From positions 64,001-128,000 of the IMG/VR virus record IMGVR_UViG_3300037067_018912: a stretch of DNA of 64,000 nt; one strand, 5' to 3'. The DNA is from a virus (taxonomy: Duplodnaviria; Caudoviricetes). This document shows, in pieces, positions 46,689-55,152 of this stretch (the stretch's first letter is position 1; every line of letters begins with the position of its first letter). The position numbers and the translations under genes are program-made. The notes under the pieces were generated by a model, which saw nothing but the letters and a program-made list of their open reading frames with translations, was not told the origin of the DNA and ran no database searches.

Positions 46689-46696
46689 ATAAATAC
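46689..46696 (-). promoter_or_regulatory. putative late promoter GTATTTAT
   Basis: 16 nt upstream of the ATG at 46672. Confidence 0.6.
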
Positions 46697-46705
46697 TACT
46701 AATTA

Positions 46706-49700
46706 TCAATATGCACCATCACCCCCGTCGTCAATATCTCCATCACCCTCGTCATCCTCATCAGGATCGCCAGCGAGTTCACGTTTTTTCTTTTTATAAT
46801 AATCGTTGAACAATTCTTCTGCATCGGGTTCGGCTTTCACAAGTTCTTCCAATGTATACTTTTCCGGAATACCGACTTCATGTTTAAAATCCTCGAAAAT
46901 CGCTTGTTTAAGTTTGAATTCCAATTCCTTGGCTTCGGATTCTTTATCCTCTTCATCTACTTTTTTAGCCGCCAATTCAGACATCTTGAGTTCTTGAAGT
47001 TTTCTTTCCTGTTCTTCCCGTCTCCGATCGAGTTCTAATTCGAGTTCACCTTTGGGTACTGTAACATTTGCCCTCACTATTTGAATATAAGTGCCGTTGA
47101 ATGCGCCAACATGATATTCACTACCATCCTTGATCAAAACAAAATCGCCTTCCTTATATTCGCTATTGATTGATTTGATCCTTGGTTTGTTGTTTTTGGT
47201 CATCAAATCATTCAAATAATTCAGCGCATTCTCGTAAATCTCATAATAAACCATGTGTTCGTCATCATTATGCATTTTAAAGCCGTCCCAAATTAACCTT
47301 GGATCATACCCGGTTTTGTTCCAAAATTCAACTTCCATCTTCTCCAAATGCATTGATTCGTCGAAATCATCAAGATCGAAATTCTTTAAAACCAAATCAT
47401 CGCTGGTGAACTCACCTCTTTCTTTATCCAAGTCACCCTGTTTGTTCGTCTTGACAAGTATTTTCTTGCGGATTTCAGGATCGAAACCCACCAACAGTGT
47501 CGTCACCCTTTTATTAAATGCATCAAGGTATTTTTCATAATTATATTCGCCTTTCAATTCCGAATTATTGAGAAGATCGTCATTATCGATCAATCTCGCA
47601 GCAAACCTCTCTTCCCCTGTTTTCTTATCTTTCAGTTTCCTCGAATCCCCATGAGACTTTTTATAACCACAATTGACATAATATACCATACTGTCCAATT
47701 CCGGTTCAGGAGGCATGTAATTGGCAACGAGTTTCATTATAGTATTGATGTCATTGACATCTTTAATTTTTTCCAACGCAAATTCTTCTTTGTGTTTTTC
47801 GTAAAGTTCCCTTGCGATCCGCTCCCTCTTTTCGATAAGAAGTTCCATATGCGCCTGCATCCCTTTCTGCCTACCGTTCTTATCCTTGCCTCTCTTCTTG
47901 TATGCGGCCAACGTGGTTTTTACCTTGCTTTTGCTTGCAATCTTCTTCAACGGAATTTCCATATAACGAATGTCGCTTACATAATCATAATAATAATCGA
48001 CAAATTCCTTACTCTTACCCAAAAGAATCATTTTCAAAGCCTTGTCGATGAATTCTTCAATATATTCCGACATGACCTTAGATTTTATCGTGTTTCCTGT
48101 GAGTTTGATCTTCTCTTTCAACTCCCCAGTTTTCTTGTCCTTGGCCATTGAAAGAGTGGCATAATTGATACGAGACAGGTTGAGACATGCAATCGATTCT
48201 CCATCTTCATCGACCGACATATACGGCGGCTTCATCTCCTCTTTGTTGTATTTCTCAATCAATGCATGAATTCCCGTTTTCCCACCGTATTGCCACATTT
48301 CTTCAATTGGTTGTTCAATTTCTTCATGAACCACACCTTTATCAGTGATCCTGATTTTTGATTTTTCAGGAAAATGAAAGTTTATACCATCTGTAACCGC
48401 AAGAAGAGCAATGCAACCATAACCATTAAACCATTTTATAGCATGACGCAAGTGAAGTCTTCCTGTGCAAGTGATTCTTGCCGCACAAACATTATCTGAC
48501 CAATTGAACGAGATTCCCGATCCTAACGCTCCGAACATGGAGTTATTCAAAATTTTGATAGGGAGTTGCTTAATTTTGCACATCGCTTTATCTGCAGGAG
48601 TGAGTTCCTTGTTAACGTATTTCACATGAAGTTGGGGATCGATCTGTCTTAAAAGCGTCATCTCCTCATTGTTGAGTTCACTGCCGAGTGCAAGTTTCTT
48701 GTAGATGTTTCTCGTTGTGGTGAGGTATAACAGCATCTTCTTCATCACACCCGTGATGTCGAATATTGGGAATACATCCTCCGACAACTGTATTGAGGGA
48801 TACAAACCTGCGTAGTCGATTTTTAATAACCTTGTGGTATACCCGGATTTATAGCACCTTGCCAACCCCCCAGAGAATTTCAAATTCTTATCACAAATCG
48901 GAATCGCCAAATCGTTTTCATATGACCATGCTGTCATTAGAAGATTCCAAATACTCGCAGTTCCCATCGTACAAATCCTTTGATATGTCGTTGGAACGAT
49001 TTTAGCAACCATAAAAGACGATTGGTTGTATAATTCATCAACCTGCTCAGTCTCCCACAAGTCGTCGAGCAAATATTGTTTAACAAGGTTCTTTCCGCTT
49101 ATAAATTTCAAAAGTTTCTTCGGCAACGCTTCCTCCCTAAACCAAGCCACAAAACCGGGATTGGCGTCAAGGCATTGTTTCCGCAGTGTATTATATTGTC
49201 CTTCTGGAATTTTACTCTTGTTATATTGTAAAACGAGTAGTTTTTTTGCTGTTTCTTGGTGATTTTCAGGAACTTGCACGTAGTTATTGAACTCGTCAAT
49301 AAGAAAGACCTTGTTTTCATAATAAAAACGCCCTATTGAATTATCCTCACCGTCGATATACGTTCTGTTAGGTCTTGCAACTTTCTCGAACTTTGCAATA
49401 TATTTCAACCCGGTCTCCTTGATATCGCTGTTGACCGCAGCCGTCCTCCTTACAGCGTGATGTATATCAATCACAGAAATACCCCACATTTCGGTCGCAG
49501 TGAATTTCTCTACAGTGCCACCATATTTAAGGGAGACGTCCGCTCTTCTTTTCAATGGAATATCTTTATTCAAGGATGTTGGAACTTCTGATAAGTCCAT
49601 ACCGAGAAGTTTTGCCCTACCCAAAATAAAATCAAAGTCAAATGTTTCCGAGAAATAACCGGAAATAACAGCGGGGTTCAAATAATGCAATAAATTGAAA

Positions 49701-50404
49701 AATCCCTGTATGATCTTTACTTCGGATTCGTCGTCGTTCACCTTATCAACTTCGAGGATGATTTCAAAGCCACGGTTGTCTCTGACCCCAATAGCAAAAA
49801 CCCTTGCAATTTGGTAGCGCAACCCTGTGGTTTCAATATCGAATGTTACCTTATGAACGTCCTTATACTCTTCATATCCTTTGTATAACCGGGTTCTTGT
49901 GGAAATGAAAAATTGTTCGACAGGTCTTGGAGAATAAAACAAATCACGATGTTTGTAAATGAATTTTCCTTTCTTGTCCCTTTTCCATTTGCCTTTTTCA
50001 TCCTCTTCTTTTTTATAAGGATCAAGACCACCTTCTTTAAAATAATTAACAATTGAATTATACGATTTGCTGCTGGTGACTTTATAACAATAACCATCAA
50101 GCAGCCTTTTTTGATTCCCGGTCTTTAATTTTTTTATCTTAATTCCGTATTTCACCGCCATGCTCTCACAATAGAGACTGGAATGACCCTCGTACAATTT
50201 GATTCCTAATTTATCAAAATCTTTTATGTACATGAAAGGTTCGTATTCGACATTAATGATCTTCGGATTTTCTTTTGGTGCATGAATAACACACTTCGCA
50301 ACATTGGTTGAAGAATCAGTTTCAACATTGACCAAGTATTTCAGATCATTATTGTAACCGTCGAGAAAACTTTTGATTTCGGTAAGTATGCTGATTTTAT
50401 CCAT
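46706..50404 (-). CDS. polB: family B DNA polymerase with 3'-5' exonuclease
   Basis: FDIETTG, FDFDFI, YLLDD; DYAGLYPS, KILNNSMFG, ITCTGR, VTDG. Confidence 0.92.
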   Translation of the reverse strand: MDKISILTEIKSFLDGYNNDLKYLVNVETDSSTNVAKCVIHAPKENPKIINVEYEPFMYIKDFDKLGIKLYEGHSSLYCESMAVKYGIKIKKLKTGNQKRLLDGYCYKVTSSKSYNSIVNYFKEGGLDPYKKEEDEKGKWKRDKKGKFIYKHRDLFYSPRPVEQFFISTRTRLYKGYEEYKDVHKVTFDIETTGLRYQIARVFAIGVRDNRGFEIILEVDKVNDDESEVKIIQGFFNLLHYLNPAVISGYFSETFDFDFILGRAKLLGMDLSEVPTSLNKDIPLKRRADVSLKYGGTVEKFTATEMWGISVIDIHHAVRRTAAVNSDIKETGLKYIAKFEKVARPNRTYIDGEDNSIGRFYYENKVFLIDEFNNYVQVPENHQETAKKLLVLQYNKSKIPEGQYNTLRKQCLDANPGFVAWFREEALPKKLLKFISGKNLVKQYLLDDLWETEQVDELYNQSSFMVAKIVPTTYQRICTMGTASIWNLLMTAWSYENDLAIPICDKNLKFSGGLARCYKSGYTTRLLKIDYAGLYPSIQLSEDVFPIFDITGVMKKMLLYLTTTRNIYKKLALGSELNNEEMTLLRQIDPQLHVKYVNKELTPADKAMCKIKQLPIKILNNSMFGALGSGISFNWSDNVCAARITCTGRLHLRHAIKWFNGYGCIALLAVTDGINFHFPEKSKIRITDKGVVHEEIEQPIEEMWQYGGKTGIHALIEKYNKEEMKPPYMSVDEDGESIACLNLSRINYATLSMAKDKKTGELKEKIKLTGNTIKSKVMSEYIEEFIDKALKMILLGKSKEFVDYYYDYVSDIRYMEIPLKKIASKSKVKTTLAAYKKRGKDKNGRQKGMQAHMELLIEKRERIARELYEKHKEEFALEKIKDVNDINTIMKLVANYMPPEPELDSMVYYVNCGYKKSHGDSRKLKDKKTGEERFAARLIDNDDLLNNSELKGEYNYEKYLDAFNKRVTTLLVGFDPEIRKKILVKTNKQGDLDKERGEFTSDDLVLKNFDLDDFDESMHLEKMEVEFWNKTGYDPRLIWDGFKMHNDDEHMVYYEIYENALNYLNDLMTKNNKPRIKSINSEYKEGDFVLIKDGSEYHVGAFNGTYIQIVRANVTVPKGELELELDRRREEQERKLQELKMSELAAKKVDEEDKESEAKELEFKLKQAIFEDFKHEVGIPEKYTLEELVKAEPDAEELFNDYYKKKKRELAGDPDEDDEGDGDIDDGGDGAY

Positions 50405-50770
50405 TTAATTCTTTATTATCGAATACGTTAATTTTTTCGTTTTTTTATTGTACGCATACCTTCTGTCATCGACAATCATAATGTTATGCCTTAATACTTC
50501 GATCGTATTCTCCGGGATTATTCCAGAAAGCCACAAGGCAGTTACCGAATTGTTTCCGATAATCCTGACATACTCCTTTTCGCCAATTATGTCGAAATCC
50601 AAATATACAATATCCCCTTCGTTTTCCAAAAAACTTCTCAAAATGTACGTAAAACCATCCACAATACCTTTTCTCGATTTTTCGTCAGCAATATCCGCAC
50701 CCAACAGCATTGCTTTGAGAAGGAAATCCTGGAACGGGTTGTAATAACCCCACTTATACTCACTTGCCAT
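50405..50770 (-). CDS. hypothetical protein
   Basis: 121 aa ORF between helicase and polymerase. Confidence 0.7.
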   Translation of the reverse strand: MASEYKWGYYNPFQDFLLKAMLLGADIADEKSRKGIVDGFTYILRSFLENEGDIVYLDFDIIGEKEYVRIIGNNSVTALWLSGIIPENTIEVLRHNIMIVDDRRYAYNKKTKKLTYSIIKN

Positions 50771-52574
50771 GCTTTTTCTTTATAATTTCTATTACCTCAC
50801 CTAAAACAGAATTACCAACATTCGATTTATAATCCTCATTATCCAATACTTTAACGATTTCAGTCCTTTTACTTTCGATCAAATTATACACGTATTCATC
50901 AATCGTTTCGGGGAATATCATTGGATATGCATTCACAACATCTTTTTGAGTTATGCGATGCAAACGGTCAACCACCTGATCGTATTCTCCGGGAGCGAAT
51001 GGAAGTGTAAGTAGGAAAACTTTGCTTGCTGCAGTCAATGTCAACCCATAATTACAAGTTTGAATCGATCCAAGGAAGATTTTCATTTTATCCTGTGGGT
51101 CTTGAAACCTTTTCACAATATCGGCACGCTCCTCCACGGGTTGATCACCCGTATGCAACCCCGCAATATCGCCGAATCTTTCTTTGAGGGCAATTAATTG
51201 TTCCTTGAAATAATCTACGATAACAACTTTTTCTCCGGTTTCAAGGATATTCTCAATCAGTTCAACGATACTTTCAATCTTTAATTTGGCAACGTATTGC
51301 CTCAACCGGAGCATCGTGGTCAACGGATTACCGTTCGGATGTGTCACAAATTCATTCGCAACGCCTTCCTCTATTTTATTGTATAACTCTAACTCCTTAT
51401 CATCCATTTCAAGGATTATCCTTTGATAAACTTTATCAGGTAAATCCTTGAGAACTTCACTTTTCCTCTTCCTGTGTGTGTATGGTGCGATTTTATGATA
51501 CAACTCTTCAAATTTCTGTTCGGCGGTGTCTGTGACATATCCCCAACCATTGTAATCGTAGACCATCCCGCAATAATACTCATAGAAATACTTTTTCGTC
51601 GGGAAGTCGGTCGGAGAAACTTGGTTCAAAACCGTGTATAATTCATGTGCCCTATTGGGTGCAGGTGTACCGGAGAGGAATATCTTACTTATCTTACCCC
51701 CACGGAATAAACCGCTCTTAAATGTGGTTTTGAAATTTTTGTAAGTATTCGCTTTGGTATTCTTGAGTTTTTGTGACTCATCACAAATAACACAATCAAT
51801 AATATCGATTCCCAATTTCTTCCATTTCGTCAGGAATTTTTCCTTGCTGCCCGGATTGAAGAAGTCATAGTTGACTATAATATATTTGGCGTCCTCGATG
51901 CTACACTTGTTCTTCTTCCATTTTACGATATATGCCAGGCTGTCTGTGAACTTTTCAACTTCGTTGAGGAAGTTGAATTTCAATGAGTTTGGAGTAATGA
52001 CGAACACTTTTTTAAAACCGTTCATCTCAGCATAAAGAATGGAACTCAAGGTTTTTCCGAGACCCATTTCGTGTGAGATCAGCGTGTTGCGGGTTGCGTT
52101 CATGAACATCGCAGCCACGATTTGGTGAGGGTAGAGTTTCACACCCTCTTTCAAAAGGGCATGGCATTGATCGGAATATAAGATATAATCACGTTCAAGG
52201 TCTTGTTTATATTTGACCCATTCCTCTTTTTTGATATTGAGTTCGGCAATGAATTTCCGCTTCTCGACTTCGGTAATCTCGATCTTCTTGATTTGTTGAA
52301 TGAAAATCTTTCTACTATCCTCGTTACCAAAATCGAAATGAATTTTATTGGAATTCCTATACTTTCTTATTAAGGAAAAAAGAGACGGTGTCGTTACTTC
52401 CCACGCCATGACTCCAGCGTTCCACTTACGGCTATCATCCGGCAAATCTTTAATGCGCCCAATCAATTGATTATTGACAGGAAAGCGCAAAAAATATGCA
52501 AGCCTCCTTGGAATTCTTTCACAGTGAACCACAAAGACTGGTTCTTGAAACCGGGGGGTTTGATTCTCATCCAT
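50760..52574 (-). CDS. SNF2-family helicase (SMARCAL1/HARP-like)
   Basis: LYPHQ, EMGLGKT, DESQ, LSGTP, GLTLT, QVVDRLHRITQ; N-terminal RKWN..WEV; start set to ATG 52574. Confidence 0.9.
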   Translation of the reverse strand: MDENQTPRFQEPVFVVHCERIPRRLAYFLRFPVNNQLIGRIKDLPDDSRKWNAGVMAWEVTTPSLFSLIRKYRNSNKIHFDFGNEDSRKIFIQQIKKIEITEVEKRKFIAELNIKKEEWVKYKQDLERDYILYSDQCHALLKEGVKLYPHQIVAAMFMNATRNTLISHEMGLGKTLSSILYAEMNGFKKVFVITPNSLKFNFLNEVEKFTDSLAYIVKWKKNKCSIEDAKYIIVNYDFFNPGSKEKFLTKWKKLGIDIIDCVICDESQKLKNTKANTYKNFKTTFKSGLFRGGKISKIFLSGTPAPNRAHELYTVLNQVSPTDFPTKKYFYEYYCGMVYDYNGWGYVTDTAEQKFEELYHKIAPYTHRKRKSEVLKDLPDKVYQRIILEMDDKELELYNKIEEGVANEFVTHPNGNPLTTMLRLRQYVAKLKIESIVELIENILETGEKVVIVDYFKEQLIALKERFGDIAGLHTGDQPVEERADIVKRFQDPQDKMKIFLGSIQTCNYGLTLTAASKVFLLTLPFAPGEYDQVVDRLHRITQKDVVNAYPMIFPETIDEYVYNLIESKRTEIVKVLDNEDYKSNVGNSVLGEVIEIIKKKHGK

Positions 52575-52881
52575 ATCCGCCAAGCGTCACCTCTTGATCC
52601 AACTCTTCGCCACAGATCGCACAAACTGTTTTGCGTATGTACCTTGTTCTGTTGTAATAATCCCCCCCTTCTGTAACACAGACAGTTTTCTTTTCACTGT
52701 GTGTGCAGATTTTGGGGAGTTCCTCCAAGCATCTTTCAATTTCGATTGCAACTTTATCCCTTTTTCTATATGGAGGAGTCAGTTGTATTTCAATTTCAAG
52801 TTCGCACTTCCTGCGCCTCAACTTTTCGATTTTTCGAAATAAAACCAATGCCGGACCGTTTTCACGTTCGATCAGTTTCAT
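52567..52881 (-). CDS. hypothetical protein with a Zn-ribbon-like motif
   Basis: CTH..CAICG; ATG 52881 lies downstream of a host-type promoter. Confidence 0.6.
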   Translation of the reverse strand: MKLIERENGPALVLFRKIEKLRRRKCELEIEIQLTPPYRKRDKVAIEIERCLEELPKICTHSEKKTVCVTEGGDYYNRTRYIRKTVCAICGEELDQEVTLGGYG

Positions 52882-52901
52882 AGCCTTGTTTAATGTATTA
52901 A

Positions 52902-52933
52902 CAAAGATATAGGAAAAAAAGAAGAATGTCAAT
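52902..52933 (-). promoter_or_regulatory. Bacteroidota primary-sigma promoter (ATTG-N20-TATCTTTG) heading the helicase/polymerase operon
   Basis: TAnnTTTG box with an upstream TTGACA. Confidence 0.65.
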
Positions 52934-52953
52934 TGATTTTAAAAAAACGACTA

Positions 52954-53256
52954 TCATCCCGTCGGGGCGATAAAGACAGATTGATAATCAGTGACATCTT
53001 GGGTGTTGGTATCACCCGTGTCGGGATAATAAGTTAGATTATCGGGAACAATATAAATTGATTGATAATCAGTGATATCCTGCGTATTGGTGTCCCCGGT
53101 GTCAAAATAATACGACGTCCCTGTCGCAGGAGTGATAAAAACCAATTGATAATCGGTCACATCCTGTGTGTTGGTATCACCCGTATCGAAATAATACGCC
53201 GTATTGGTCGGAGTGACTCCCGAAATGTAAACGTCCGTTATATCTTGCGTGTTCAT
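52954..53256 (-). CDS. Asp/Thr-rich tandem-repeat small protein
   Basis: three full copies of YY[FP]DTGDTNTQD[VI]TDYQ plus a partial N-terminal copy. Confidence 0.75.
   Translation of the reverse strand: MNTQDITDVYISGVTPTNTAYYFDTGDTNTQDVTDYQLVFITPATGTSYYFDTGDTNTQDITDYQSIYIVPDNLTYYPDTGDTNTQDVTDYQSVFIAPTG
52981..53256. repeat. coding tandem repeat, 81-84 nt period
   Basis: 42-nt cores at 52981-53022, 53062-53103 and 53146-53187 differing mainly at synonymous sites. Confidence 0.8.
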
Positions 53257-53672
53257 TACACCACCGTGGTTTTAGTCATGCTATCGGAAATAATGATATT
53301 TATGTAACCCTCTGTTGGAAGCGTAATTTTTCCACATTCATTCTCACCAAGAAAGTCGAGTTTGAATTCACCCAAATACCTTCCCGCCTTTCTCGTGTCT
53401 TTGAGGGTAAATTTGTACACGAGAGTGTACCTCACTTCATCAGGATATTCCGGTCTGTCATTATTAATAACGAGACTCGCCGGGACGTTTGCAATCCGAT
53501 ACAACCCTGTGTCGGCATCCGTCATGGAAAAAGTGATTGCCACATTTTCAAGCATATTATCGGTGAGGTCATATTTCTCCCTTACATGCTGAATAAGAGG
53601 GTATTTCAACTCCGGAAGGGTGCTGTCCTTCTTAATAAAAAAGTCATTAAGCCTAAATGTTGAATAATCCAT
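53256..53672 (-). CDS. BppU-like baseplate upper protein domain
   Basis: FFIKKDSTLPEL..DTRKAGRYLGEF..ITLPT. Confidence 0.65.
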   Translation of the reverse strand: MDYSTFRLNDFFIKKDSTLPELKYPLIQHVREKYDLTDNMLENVAITFSMTDADTGLYRIANVPASLVINNDRPEYPDEVRYTLVYKFTLKDTRKAGRYLGEFKLDFLGENECGKITLPTEGYINIIISDSMTKTTVV

Positions 53673-53674
53673 AT

Positions 53675-54073
53675 TTATCCCCTTTCCTCATTATTTTCTT
53701 TTTCGGTCTGATTCAAATATTTTTCCCTATCTGCACCAACAACACTTTTAATTTTTTTCTTTAACATAGCAGCAATCCCATCTCCAACAAGACCCAAAGT
53801 CACGGCATCAACATCACCAAAAGAATGTCCGCTGAATTCAGAATAAAACCTAAAAAGGACATAGGTGCATAAAACAGTTGCTATATACCTTTTCCAATTA
53901 TCATAAAACCAAAATTTCCAACTCCATTTCTTTGGTGTGTTGGGACTTTGTATATTACGGCTATTGGTCTCCGTCATACCATAAATAACATAACCAATAA
54001 TAAAAAACCATAAAAATCCAAGTAATTGAACTCCCGTATAATCTCCAAATACTGTTTTACAAAATTCGTTCAT
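53675..54073 (-). CDS. small membrane protein (holin candidate)
   Basis: 2-3 hydrophobic segments and a charged C-terminus; sits after the fibre genes. Confidence 0.5.
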   Translation of the reverse strand: MNEFCKTVFGDYTGVQLLGFLWFFIIGYVIYGMTETNSRNIQSPNTPKKWSWKFWFYDNWKRYIATVLCTYVLFRFYSEFSGHSFGDVDAVTLGLVGDGIAAMLKKKIKSVVGADREKYLNQTEKENNEERG

Positions 54074-54074
54074 A

Positions 54075-55136
54075 TTATAATACTTTAAGTAACGTCATAT
54101 ACCTGTTAGTGTTTGCGGTTGCAGTACCACTTGCTGTTCTCCATCTTATTTCAACATTTTGTGCTGTTGCCAATGTGATCCTGAAATTTGAATAACCATG
54201 ATTTGCCGTAACTGCTTGCGTTCCTCTCATGAATGTTAATTCACTGTTGGAAACTAAATTACCTCCAACATATATCGATGTTGTTGTAGCCACACTACTT
54301 GTACCATGCGATAATGATGTTCCAAAACTAACCAAATATGTTCCTGCGGGTACGTTTGTAAATTGCATGCCCGTCATTAATACAGCAGTTGTTGATGTTG
54401 TGGTTATGTTGCCAGTAACACCTGTATGATATGTTGTTATTATAGCACCACCCACTGCAATTGGCTGTGTATTATCTCCCCAACCCGCAACCAAAACTCC
54501 GTCTTTATTAACACCCACTATATAGTAAGGAACTGTAGTACCAGTTGTTGCACCAGTTGGATTAAGTATAACCAAACCAGCGATGTTACCACCACCAAGT
54601 CCACTGTCTTGATTTACACGTATCTGCATTTGATTTGCTTCCTGTTTAACCCTTCGAATTGTTTCAATCCAAAGTTTACCTTCAATGCGTAAATCTCCCC
54701 AAAATGTTCCACTACTTCCCGATATATTCTCAACAGTCAAATCGGTGGTAGTACCACCAGTGGTTGCCATTTTACTATCCGTGACACCAGTAAGAGCATT
54801 TGGTGTCGATATACTGCTTAAAATCAGATTACCATCAATATTAGTCATACTGTTTAAACCAACAGTCGCATAACCCTCCAATATTTTAAACTGCTCTGGC
54901 GTCGGAATATTCGGTATTAATTTAAGAATTTCAGTTTTTATTGCTTCTACACTCAACACAGAACCAGCAAAAGAATCCCAATTATTCACAGAAGATATGT
55001 CCGTATAATCTGCAGGGATGCCATCACCATCCCCGATTGCAATAAATGCAGTATTCCCGCTCAACATAATGTTGTTCCATGCCTTGATATCCACACCTAA
55101 TTTTTGTCCGTTGATTGTATATGCTAATAGTTTCAT
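54075..55136 (-). CDS. tail fibre-associated protein with a C-terminal beta-sandwich (BclA/C1q-like)
   Basis: T/G-rich; PAGTYLVSFG..VEIRWRT. Confidence 0.6.
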   Translation of the reverse strand: MKLLAYTINGQKLGVDIKAWNNIMLSGNTAFIAIGDGDGIPADYTDISSVNNWDSFAGSVLSVEAIKTEILKLIPNIPTPEQFKILEGYATVGLNSMTNIDGNLILSSISTPNALTGVTDSKMATTGGTTTDLTVENISGSSGTFWGDLRIEGKLWIETIRRVKQEANQMQIRVNQDSGLGGGNIAGLVILNPTGATTGTTVPYYIVGVNKDGVLVAGWGDNTQPIAVGGAIITTYHTGVTGNITTTSTTAVLMTGMQFTNVPAGTYLVSFGTSLSHGTSSVATTTSIYVGGNLVSNSELTFMRGTQAVTANHGYSNFRITLATAQNVEIRWRTASGTATANTNRYMTLLKVL

Positions 55137-55152
55137 TATTTATGATTTATTT

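Noticed and set aside
364-46696. T4 late promoter TATAAATA on the plus strand driving antisense genes
   Set aside because: Copies sit at consistent distances upstream of minus-strand starts and no credible plus-strand genes follow them
46706-50404. Intein or intron in the polymerase or in the 1,507-aa protein
   Set aside because: No C/S...HN splice motifs or LAGLIDADG blocks seen and the frames are continuous
52981-53187. CRISPR-like pattern (42-nt repeats with ~40-nt spacers)
   Set aside because: Repeats differ at synonymous positions, the period is a multiple of 3, spacers are similar at protein level and no cas genes are present: it is a coding repeat
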